Below the pieces are notes generated by a model that saw only the letters and a list, made by a program, of their open reading frames with translations, had not been told where the DNA came from and searched no databases. Below, piece by piece: positions 23,586-34,817 of a DNA stretch of 64,000 nt. Made by a program: the position numbers and the translations under genes. Source of the stretch: Macrostomum lignano (taxonomy: Eukaryota); assembly GCA_002269645.1 (NCBI GenBank), contig NIVC01000001.1, positions 434,001 to 498,000 of the forward strand, written 5' to 3'. Numbering within the stretch: position 1 is the first letter of the stretch; each line of letters begins with the position of its first letter.

Positions 23586-25757
23586 ATGGCTAACGAAATG
23601 CAGTCTTCAGCTGACCAAGAAGAATTTAATGAAGAGAAGCAACTTCCCGCAACTGCCATGACTGTCGTTAGTGGCAATCGTCACCTGTTATACTTTTGTC
23701 ACCTGTGCAGCTTTGCTGGTGAGATTTGGTTAGATTTGGTTAGGTATCCGAAATCACATTTCTAATAAATCACAGTTTCTCGACCATTTTTTCTCTGTAT
23801 TCCAGTGGGCTAGTGGTCTTTAGCCACCAGAAATATCTGCAACATAGTTCTGTACAATTGCAGATGTATGTCTTTGTCTGCACAACTGTGTTGTCACCAC
23901 AGATACTAGAATAACTAGATAGGCCACTCAGGCATATATAACTTAGTAAAACAGCTTTCTACTTTCAGTTCAGTAGCAAAGAAGAATACATAAGCTATTT
24001 TATAAAATAAAGGTGGCTGAAATGACTTTGGTAAGTTTAGAAGCCCAAGCTTGCAGTAAACAACTTGCTAATTGGTTCAGCAGTAATGTACATTGGCCAG
24101 TCCACTGAAATGTACATGGCAGCTTTAGGCTGGAATTCCAAAAAAAACAATAAAAATTGGCGCGGGGTGGGGGTAGTGTGGAAAGGCGCGGGTGGAGGGT
24201 TTAAGCTGGGGGATAAGAGCTATTAGCTATTAGCTATTGAGTCAAGCGTATTAGCATTTATTTTCTGTTTGTATAATTTCTCGGCTCTCCATAGCAAACA
24301 TTGCAAGAAGCGAAGCACCGGTCTAGGTGGGAACAGAATACATTTAAACAAAACACTTCAATCTAGGAGACTGGTCTCATCTTGAAGGAAATTTCAATTC
24401 GCTAATTGCCTGGTTGAATTCTGTTTTTGCCAATTTTTATTTAATGAAAAGCAGAAATACTGCTCTGTCTTGTGCGGCAAAATTAGCAGCAGAATTTTCC
24501 TTTCGACGACTGTTTTAACTGATACAGTATTTGTCTTAAAGTAAAAAATAGCCATTTTTCTGCAACAAAAAACCCTTTCCTCACTCATTGGTGCCCGCAG
24601 GAGAGGCGCACAATGCAAAACTAAACAGAAGTAGATCCGCTTTGTTTCAATCCATTTATCATGATTGCACAACGCTTTCCTCTAGAGCTCACTCAACTCA
24701 AAGCAGTCACGTGGTTCGATCTCAGCTGCTCCACACGTCTTTCCAACCCTGCCATCACACGTTCAAACGCAGCATTTAACACCTCCTTTACCTCCCAGGC
24801 GCCACTCAGGAGGCCTTCAAGGAGCACATGGCCACTCACTACGAGTTCCAATGCCCGGCGTGTGACTACAAATCGCGCACGGACGGCCGGCTGAAGCGCC
24901 ACCTAAAGGACTTCCACTCGGAGGTGCCACCGGACAGTTACTCGGGCAAGGCTGCGCCGTCTCGCCAGAAGCTCCACCGCTGCCGCCAGTGCAGCTTCGT
25001 GACGGACGACAGGTCTGAGTTCTGGCAGCACTCGCGCAGTCACATCAAGTCGGAGAGGCAGCTCGAATGCCCCAGCTGCCCGTTCGTCACCGAGTACAAG
25101 CATCACCTCGAGTATCACATCCGCAATCACCTGGGCTCAAAGCCATTCAAATGTCCGAAGTGCAACTACCAGTGCGTGAATCGGTCTATGCTGAATTCGC
25201 ACATGAAGTCGCACACGAACGTGTACCAGTACCGCTGCCTGCACTGCAGCTACGCCACCAAGTACTGCCACTCCCTCAAGCAGCACCTGCGCCGTTTCGG
25301 ACACCGTCCGGCAGCTGTGCTGAATGCCGATGGCAGTCTGCCGAAACCCGGAGCCCAGAGCCACTCTGCATCGGCCAGGAGGATCCAACAGCCACAGCCA
25401 CCTCCACCGCCGCCACCTCAAGCACCGCCTCCGCCACTGCTGCCGCCGCCACCGCCGCTGCCGCCGCTGTGCCCGCCGCCGCCGTTGCCATTCCTCGGGC
25501 CGATCCTGCCTTTGCATGTGCCGCTGGATTTGACCGCAAAGCCGCCAGGAGGAGGCGGCGATAGTCACAGTCAGCCTTCGATAGTTCAACGCTGCGAGTG
25601 CCATTTCTGCGGCATCGCGTTCAATGAGCCGCTGATGTTCGACCTGCACATGGGCTACCACGGCTTTGAGAACCCATTCAAATGCAACCGCTGCGGCTGC
25701 GAGGCCCGCGACCGACTGGAGTTTTTTGTGCACCTGGTGAGCAGCGCCCACTGCTGA
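23586..25757 (+). CDS. hb: Hunchback zinc-finger transcription factor, 8 C2H2 fingers (2+4+2)
   Basis: Exon about 23586-23718 ([10 protein letters not shown]) splices in phase to 24799-25757 ([13 protein letters not shown]), completing finger 1. Diagnostic central fingers [43 protein letters not shown] and a C-terminal [13 protein letters not shown] pair. An acceptor at 23554 suggests a possible further 5' exon. Confidence 0.95.
23900..24215 (+). mobile_element. Truncated copy of the CAGATACTAG-TIR MITE, in the hunchback intron
   Basis: Homologous, in inverted orientation, to 63510-63825. Confidence 0.75.
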
Positions 25758-26532
25758 GCCGAGCAAGCAACAGAGACTATTAGAGCGTCCTGACGTGATA
25801 CTGAAACCTCGTTTTACTCCACGAGCACTAGAGCTCGACAGTACTCATTTAAGACATCGATTTTTTGTTTTTAACCAGATTTCAACAATCAACAATCATC
25901 AATTTTAATTATTATTACAATGGATAAATAATAATGCGCGAGCCATAGACAAATCGTTGTCACGTGCTGCGACCGCTGATTCTTTGCATTGTTATGCTGC
26001 TTGACGATCCTACAAACAATGACAAACAATGCATTGTTTGTAGTAATATATTGCTCTGCATAAAAGATGTGAATAATGATCGTCAAATTGCTAAACAATG
26101 TAATCGTGCAGCATTAATCGCCCCCTAGGTAATGACCCTAGTTTCTTAAACCCCTAAAGTAACTTGTGCGTTTGTACCCCCTACACGCAATTGAATAATC
26201 AAATCAGTCACATCCTGAATGCACGACTTTCTGCACCGTACTCCTTAGTCTTCGCACGTATTTTATGCGGCACTAAGCACCCTGAGTCAGAAATTAGTTG
26301 AGGTAAATACATGGAGAACAATAGTTAATTAAATTAAACAATGGTATCTTCAGTTACCGTCTCTATCACAATATTATTCTCACAGTCTGCAGGATGCTAT
26401 CATTTTACGTTAAAACCTATGAAAGACGGCTCTTTAAAAAATGACTGTACAAATGGAGAATTACAAGTAAAATTTAGTTTATGCATTATACTTACACATT
26501 ACTTAATGTGTAATAATTATAATATTATTAAT

Positions 26533-26810
26533 TTGTGCAACCGACAGCTCAGCCGCAGCTATTGCGCGGCGCATCTGAAGGCTGCGTACGGCTGTTCAGT
26601 CCAAGCACTGGGGGGGGGGGGGTCGCCACAAACACCCTCAATTACCCCAGCTAATGCATATTACAGGCTAGATGGGTGAACTGAAGCGATGCAGAGTGAA
26701 GTGGTAAGTGTCTTGCTCAAGGACACAAATTGTTCCAGTGGGGATCGGGAATCGAACCCCCGACCTTTAAGTCGTGAATCTATCGCTCTAACCACTGGGC
26801 TAGAACCCCC
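26533..26810 (-). mobile_element. tRNA-derived SINE, family 1 (copy b)
   Basis: Reverse complement GGGGTTCTAGCCCAGTGGTTAGAGCG..GGGGTTCGATTCCC..TGTGTCCTTGAGCAAGACACTTA; matches copies a and c. Confidence 0.9.
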
Positions 26811-27135
26811 CTCACAACCCTCACTAGACTACAAACCCTCACTAGACTACAAACCCTCACTAGACTACAAACCCTCACTAGACTACAAACCCTCACTAGG
26901 CCAAAACCCCTCACTAGACTACAAACCCTCACTTGGCCAAACCCCTCACTAGACTACAAACCCTCACTAGGCCGACACCCCTCCCTAGACTACAAACCCT
27001 CACTAGGCCAAAACCCCTAACTAGACTACAACCCCTAACTAGACTACAACCCCTAACTAGACTACAACCCCTAACTAGACTACAACCCCTAACTAGACTA
27101 CAACCCCTAACTAGACTAAAACCCCTAACTAGATT
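26811..27135. repeat. 18-bp minisatellite (CCCTCACTAGACTACAAA / CCCCTAACTAGACTACAA) abutting the SINE 5' end
   Basis: Visible directly; the unit resembles the first ~19 nt of the SINE head. Confidence 0.95.
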
Positions 27136-28592
27136 ACAATTTTTAGATTCCTTCTACTGTATACCAGAGTATATACTACAGTATCATGAAAATTTTCAAT
27201 TTTAGCTTTTGTCAGATAAATTAATAATATGAGATTGGGTCGCATATTTAAGGACTTGAATAAGCAGGCAGTTAAAGTACATTAAATTGTATTATATGGC
27301 TGCTATTAAATTTTTTAAGCTGTCATTCTACTCTATAATGTATAGTGTATAACGAGTTCAATAAAAGTCGATGGAATATTTAAAGAAAACTATTTATACT
27401 ACTTAAATCAGTAGCTACACTACTTAAATAGTGTCTCATTTGTTAAAATAGCCTACAAAGTGTGAAAGCGGCATTCGAAAAACTAAGAGACTAAGTCTAA
27501 GACACAACACCTGGTAGCTGAGAATGAAGTTTGTAAAGGATTCTTTGAGAAAGATTAATAGTAGTTGTTGCTAAACATGGAAATAACTGAGGTTCTGAGG
27601 CACTAAAAGAGGTCCTCTCCAAACACCAAGCAAGACTCAAATGATGACTCCTCGGGACAGGGCCTAGCATACAACTTTGTGCATGAGTTTAGGGTCTTTC
27701 GTTATGAAAAAACAGATATCATCTTAAAATCGAATTTAGAACTCATCTCGTATGTATGTACTGAAGTAGATGCCAGCGAGGCATCAAAAACAAAAATCTT
27801 GTTCTAAACGAGATTTAATAAATAAAGTATCAAGGATGTACTCTAGTACAGCACATGAGCTAAATGAGCTGACAGTTAATTATTATTTAAACTCGCAAAC
27901 AGGATAGCAGCAAAAAAACAAATCTTTCTTGGAATGCAGAGTATTCATTTTCAAGGCCGGATTATAGAAAACAGAGAGCTAAAAAGCGAGTGAGGGCTAT
28001 AAAGTGAGGCCTCTACTCAAGTAGTTAAAAAGGGCCTGAGACCCCTTGAAAGCTATAGTATAGTAGAACAAAAGAAAAGCTCAAGACTCCGTTGAGATGG
28101 GCTAGATTTTTAAGCGTGCCATAAGAGGTATCTGGATAGCAAAGCTACAACATACAGTACAAAACTGAGCAATGGTGTACAGTATTAAAAGGCCCATTTA
28201 TCCTATTCTCTCAGGGTCCGGGGCACAAAAAAGAAAGGAGAGTTAGTTAAAACGTTGAGCTTAAAACAGAACGAATTCTAAATAGTATAAGCCGAATGAA
28301 AAAATTCATTGCAGATATTTTTATGGATCTTTTTTAGTAAATCTTTGCTATATTATCCATAAAAGAATAAAAAAACGTTTGTCACTGTTACGTCGAGTTT
28401 CCTTAATTTTTGCACTCGAAAGTTTACAGTAAAAATCATCTGAGACCGTAAATGTGTGTAAATTGTTTTGCATATTGGTTTCATAGAGTAGAAACTGTTT
28501 AAGAGTCTTGTGTCAGGTCTGGCCAATCTGGATGTTTTAAATGATCAGTCTGATTAAATTCTGCTACAATTCGAAGACGTTTCGATCGTGAT

Positions 28593-30288
28593 TTACCGTC
28601 GCGTTCCTCGACGGGTGTTTACAAGCACCTCTTTTCCACGCTTCTCCGTGTGAATCGCTATGGGCGGCAGCGTTTTCGTGCGATTCAACATTCTGTGAGG
28701 CGCCTGCGAGAGGGAAGCAGAATTTGCTTCAGTTGACAGAGGTCGAGCACCCGAATTGGGATTCTTGGAGGGTTGCTCGCTTGCTCGTGGTCTATAAGTG
28801 AGTGGCTGAATCCCTCTGACACTCTGTTTGGGCAAATCCATGGTCTCCGTGTACGTGCCTCTCGAACCCGGGGGTGATAGAGACGATAAAATTGGTTGAA
28901 TCACCGGAGGGTCTTTCGGGCGAGCATTGCCCGTCTGGTTCAAGTGGTGTCCGAGTAACGCTCTTCGACTGCCCTCAGAGGGAGCGACCCCCCTTCGCGG
29001 TGTAAACGCGGCGCTAAGTAGGGGCTGCGACGGATCGTTTGCTGCTCCTTGCTGCTGCCGCTGCTGCTGCTGTTGCTGCCGCTGCTGCTGCTGCCGCTGA
29101 AAGTACTCGATTGCGTCTGCACTTGGTCCATCAGTGGCCACATGCGGTGCCTGAAATGCGGTTTGAGCTCCAAGCTCGCCGGCATTCCGCAGATGACTCC
29201 TTGCTGTCCTACCTGTTTGTCGCTGGTCTTGCGTTAATCTTTCGATTCGCTGACGCTCCCTTTCAAACTCGACCTGCTGCGTATCGAGCTGCCTTTGATG
29301 CCTCTCCATTTGAAGTTGCCGTTCAAGATTCTGAACTCGCTCCTCTAGCTGCCTCTCTCGAACTGTAGGGGGAGCTCTTCTGTCGAATGTAGAATGGAAT
29401 CATTTAGGTGAAATTACAAGTGGCTTAGTCTGCAAGAATGCTCGTCGACTATTTGTACTGTATAAGTTTAAATCAGATTGCATCGACCAGACCATATTTG
29501 CGAACATCGTCCTACATCTAAAGTACATCTAATGCATCACATTTTTTCGCTCACATCGGCTCCAGAGGTGGCAACTCAAAAGTTGACACATTTTGTATTC
29601 GGTTTCTCCTCGTCCTGTCAGCGCGAGGTGAACCCTCTAGTGGTTTGAGCAGACGGGAAATTCTTTTATTTAAGTCAGTAGCCAGTTTTGCAACAAACGC
29701 CTCGCCATCAGCGCACAGCTCCAGGCTCTCCACTGTCGGCTCTACCGGAGCGGCTCTCAGTTCCCGTCCGGCAGTGACGCCCTGTTCCGCTGACCGCTTC
29801 AGCTGCTCCATGTCGTCTGCCCACTGCGCCACAGCTTCGTGATGCCGCTTCAGTGCACCGATTGACGCGTCAAGTCGCTCCCGCTGAGTCGCTACCGCCT
29901 GCTTCATTTTCGACTCGATGACCGACAGGCAGCGCTCGATTTGGTCAGACTTCTCCATGGCTTCTCGGGCCGCATCCTGCGACTGCTGTCGGGTTCTCTG
30001 CAGCTCCTCGATGCTCGGCAGCTGGTTGGAGATCTCTCTGGCTTTAAAAACTCGATTAGCCTCGATCAGCCTGACCATGGACAGACACTGCGGCAGCTGC
30101 TCCGGCCGCACCTGAGTCACATGTCGGCAGGTCGGACATCGAAGAACTCCTTGGTTCTCCAGCAGTCGTTGAAGGCATTCGAGGCAAAATGTATGCTGGC
30201 AGTTTAGCGCTGTTGGCCTTCTCTGCTCCTCGTAACAGATAGGGCAGCTGATGTCAGAGTCAGCGATGATCGAGTTTGGTTCGGTCAT
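28593..30288 (-). CDS. RING-finger (C3HC4) coiled-coil protein, TRIM-like E3 ligase with a Gln-rich C-terminal exon
   Basis: CPICYEEQRRPTALNCQHTFCLECL..CPTCR then coiled coil. Donor AT|gtgagc at 29555 and acceptor gacag|A at 29379 are both phase 2 and join ORF 29551-30288 to ORF 28593-29309. Confidence 0.75.
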
Positions 30289-31574
30289 ACCGGAGTGGGT
30301 CGGTACTTTCGTTCCGCACTAGGTAAAAGGCTGCGAAACTGCTGTATTTGTGCTTAAAGCTAGCATATAAACTGATATTTATGGACAAACGCGATAAAGT
30401 CCGGGAGGCTTTGCTGTCATGGCTATTTTTAAACGTTAGACAGATGGATTCTACCGGAGCTACAGGCGACAGGCGACCAACCATCTCAAATCTGAAGCTT
30501 TATTAAGCAAAAGCACAAACACCCACGAGAATATTCGCGGGGTCGGACTGCACTTCAAAACTTTTCTGTACGTCTTTCTAAGGGTTGGGCCTCATTGTCT
30601 TCATTGTGCAGACAGTGTTACTCCGAAGAGGTATATAGCCAATGAATATTCAATTGAATACATCATTACTGCACTATTTGTATTGACGTACATGTAGAAT
30701 AAGTGCATGCATAAAAATCTTCAAACTTTAAATGTTAAAACCATTTTGGAGCAAGAATTAACATCATTTTGAAGACCGAATATTCTTAGGTTTTGATTTT
30801 GATTCAGCTTCAAAACATAGACTACTTAAAGTAGCATTCTGCGCCCCCCGTGGTTAGCTGCGACAAAGAAAGGAATTTTTTAAATAAACAAAATCTAACT
30901 TTTGATCTTGTTTTTCGTGAACTATTGTTAACTTCTTAAGGAAAATGACGCTTAAAGGAGAAAATAATCAAGCCCTGAACGCCCTGAAATAAACTATGCC
31001 GGTAGGCTCAAAGCCTTCTCCCTTTAACCCTAATTCTTAGTCTCATTTTGATTATAATTGGCCTACTAACAACTCCCAATTAATCCTTGGCATCTCAGCA
31101 ACTCCCCATGAGCCAAAGCATTTCAGCAATCCCCCTACGAGCCTTGACATCTCAGAAATTCCACTATCTACCGAAAGCGACAGTATTCTTATTCATAACA
31201 CGGCTACGAGCAAAGAAGTTAATGTTTCTACAACTTGTATATTTTAAAAGTAAAGCTTAATGCTGCTTAATAATTCTTAGTATCAGTTACTATTTTTTCA
31301 ATTCGCAAAATAAGGAGTTTTGGCCATAGACAATTTTTTCGATTTCATTATTTCTTTCTTTGTCTTGTGTGCTGGTGTGCTAATGTGGGGGCTCCGCCCC
31401 CACACCCCCGCAAGGGGGCTCAGCGCCCCCTTGACGCCGCTTTCTTCTGACTTTGCCATAGACATTTCCAGCAGGCCGTGAAACCGACTGAATGCATTGG
31501 AGTAAATGGGATTTTACCATAGACAGTCTCAGCGGCCCGTGAAACGCGGTTTCACGCCCGCTAACTATAACACT

Positions 31575-31674
31575 AATATGGATGGGCCGCATCGGGCAGA
31601 AACGAGCTAACACTCCTCGGCGCTACGCGCCTCGGCGTTATAGCTCATTTCTGCCCTCTGCAGCCCATCAATAT
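31575..31674. other. 100-bp imperfect inverted repeat, probably the terminus of an unclassified element
   Basis: AATATGGATGGGCCGCATCGGGCAGAAACGAGCTA pairs with TAGCTCATTTCTGCCCTCTGCAGCCCATCAATATT. Confidence 0.7.
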
Positions 31675-32480
31675 TGGTATATTGTAAAAGTCAGCATCAC
31701 AGATCACTAGGAATATTTGATGCCAATTTTAGAACCCCACCAGCAGCTCTGTAGCAAGCAGCTTTTAAGCCTGGGGGGGGGGGCGAACATTTCTTGGGAG
31801 CAAACAACTCCATTTCAGCACTGCAATGGAGATGAAAAACGAGAACCTGCAGGTTCAGCGGAACTTTTCGTGTAAGCGAGTGAATTTAGGAGCAGAATAG
31901 CAGCAGCAGCCATGCTTTACAGCCAAAAAATCGATACAGACTCCACTTTCTGCTTTTGGCTAGAGCGAGTAGGGAGAGCGGCCTGAGTACCTCGCTCACA
32001 CAATTGGCTCGCTCCGGCCTCTTCCGCCTCCATTTTCCACTGCTGACAGTCAAACCGGCATAAATACCCCGAATTTTTGCCTAGAAATATCCCCTGTCTC
32101 TGACCAGGACTTGGATCAACTACCAGTCACTGTATCGGACAGCGGTCAGATAAAAAGCCAATGGCATTTACAACGTCCACAGGCTCTGCGGCGACAGCCG
32201 CCAAGAGGCTTCAGCAAATGACCAGGTAGGCTGGTTGTACCTGTATTTCCCTCATCTGTCAGAGCTCGTTAAAATAATTAGTCCAATTTGGGTCCAGCTA
32301 GCTAGGCCTATTTAGGTACTCGTACAGGTAGGACCAATCTCTCAACACTACTTCAGGTGCGTCATCTCCCCAACCTTTTAAGATATTGTAAGAACCAATT
32401 TAGATCTATCAGATCCCATCAGTTGGTTTACCATTCAATGTGGCTCACTCGTACAGTTGAGGACCTATTATGGGGACCTT

Positions 32481-32832
32481 TAGGGGGCCGTAGCCCAGTG
32501 GCCTGGCGCGGCGCTCTGATGTGGCAGCGGCCCAGGCTCGATTCCAAGTGCAGTCACATTAATTTGGGGCTGAATTGGATTCTCGGCTTGGCTCTCGCCC
32601 ATAAGTGCCAACCCCCAAGGCACAGTGAAGTGTACTTGCCTAACGATAAATAAAGTTAGGGCCGCTGTACACTCCTGTGTGACTGTGTGCCTGTGAGTAT
32701 GACTGCGTACGTACCCGCGCGCTTGTGTGCCTGCTCAGGGGAGTCGGTGGAATGGGCAGTAATGCCTCTCGCCGGTTGTGCAACAAAGTCGCTTAAAGTG
32801 CGCCAGGGTGCACACAGCCTTTAACTAAAAAA
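32481..32832 (+). mobile_element. tRNA-derived SINE, family 2 (copy a)
   Basis: GGGGGCCGTAGCCCAGTGG A-box, GCTCGATTCC B-box, A-rich tail; 11-bp TSD ATGGGGACCTT (32470-32480 and 32833-32843); homologous to 52082-52404. Confidence 0.9.
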
Positions 32833-34817
32833 ATGGGGACCTTCAGTTGGAGTTCATGCTTGTTGAGTTCCCTCCAGTTCATGCCTTCAGTTGAGGCTCA
32901 GTTTAACCAGTTTAGTTGGTATAATTCAGATACACTGGTAAACTGCAAAGAACATTGGTACAGGTATTGCTCAGGCTGACGAGATAATGACAGCCGCTAG
33001 TTGCCACTAGAGATTAATTTTTTTATTTTGCATGACGGGAACTTGACAGGTGAAGAGGAAAAAGATGTCACTCTGGAAATAAATAAAAAACTCAACTATG
33101 GAGCAAAGCCGACATTGATTGTACTATGTACAATAATTCTTCAAAAGCCAGGACTTTTTTGTTACAAGCTGGAACGTTGTGCTTTGGGAGTCAGGGAGCA
33201 CAGCCAGGGTTTTGAAGAAAATGCAATGCTTATGACGGTGTTGGGACGTGAGCATGTTCTTGCATAAATGCTTATAACAGTGTTAATTTTTAGTTGCTAG
33301 TATAGTTACGTTTTGCTTATTATCACAGAGTTCCTGTAGGACAATCGTCAATTTTCTACCATTTACAATTTCTATTGACATTCCCTATAAGTATTCGCAT
33401 TCACCATGAAAGCTGGCTGCCCGATTCCTTTTTGAGCACGTCTCACGCCTCCTGTTTCCCGGGCTCCCGCATCTCATCTCTCATTACAGGCCACCTGTTA
33501 CATTCCCAGGATCACTAAAGGCTTGTATTGCACTGGCTATAGCTCCCAATTCCTGCTGTTCGTGATTGAAGCAAGGTCTTATTGCGCAGACAATTCTGCT
33601 TTAAAATCAAAAGAAACCTTTGTGTGGCATCAGTTTGCCTCCCCTGTTGCTGGGCGTCGGCGTGACTGAGCCAGTCATATATAAAGTGGTCACTTTTTCG
33701 CTCGATTGTACACATTTAGAATGGCGGTTTCGCCTCAAGACTACTCCTCAAGGCTGATTAAAGTTTTGTCTATGTCTCAAATCGATGCAGAATATAGACG
33801 TAGGACCTATGACTATATTTAATAACAGAAATGCCTCCAATATCTTTTTAACGTTATTTCACGTATCTTGCGTTCGTTTCGTGTCAAAAAATTTAATCAG
33901 CCTATAGCGGAACAATCTTGAGGTGAACCTGATCGGCATTCTATGTGTGGAAGTGACCACTTTTTATATTGAGTTCGCACTTCTAGCTCGTAGTGTTTTT
34001 AGGATCAGAGTTCTAACCTAAAGCCTGAGGGTGGGGAGAAATGGAGACTGATGGGAGGATTAAGGATAGGGAGATTAGCAGCTCGTCAAGGGAGGGACTA
34101 GAAAAGAGGAGGACACACCTAAAATGGTTTCTAGGGCCACAGGAATACAGACTAAATGACATACCGAAATGAAATAATTTTGCCCGATTTGTATTAACCG
34201 TTGCGCTTAAGTTCGACCATAGACAAAATGCCCAGGCCGAACATTGAAATCCATAAATCCCGATAAATTTTGGGATTTAGGAAATCTAGCTCCGGTAACA
34301 GCAAGAAAACGTCAGAAAAGATTGAAAGGGAAGTCAACTGTAGCACCAAACACGCTGGATCTACTCTCGTATTTCTCGCGAGTGTTCAACAATGCAGTCT
34401 GCTAGTAGGCAGTGCTTTGATCTCAAGCGTTTATTTGCGTGAGCAGAAATATCTACTGTGCTTGCGAGATGCTGTGCTCCAACCTATCGACTACAGTGGA
34501 AGCAAATAAAAAAAAGAATTTAAAAAATTCAGCAAGCTGATTCTGACTACTCGTAAAGGTGTTTGCTCTGAAAATCTAGAATCAAATTCAAACTATTCGA
34601 ACTACAGCAAAACTATTTGCTTTAAAGAAGGAAAGAATTTAGAAACGAAAGGAAAGTGTTAAAAAGGTCTGTTAAGCGTGCTAGTAGGAATTCATTTGCT
34701 CGGGTTTGAGTTGCTTAAGTCTCTAAGTGCATCGTGTGATATTATTTAACATGAAGCTTTCTTGGAATGAGCCGAATTCTCGATGACTCTGTTCAGGTGA
34801 TTCCATAGAACCTGAGT

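Noticed and set aside
25758-26200. Nanos-response elements or let-7 sites in the hunchback 3' UTR
   Set aside because: Isolated GTTGT and ATTGT words occur, but there is no paired GUUGU-N5-AUUGUA box and no let-7 seed match (CTACCTC) was seen.
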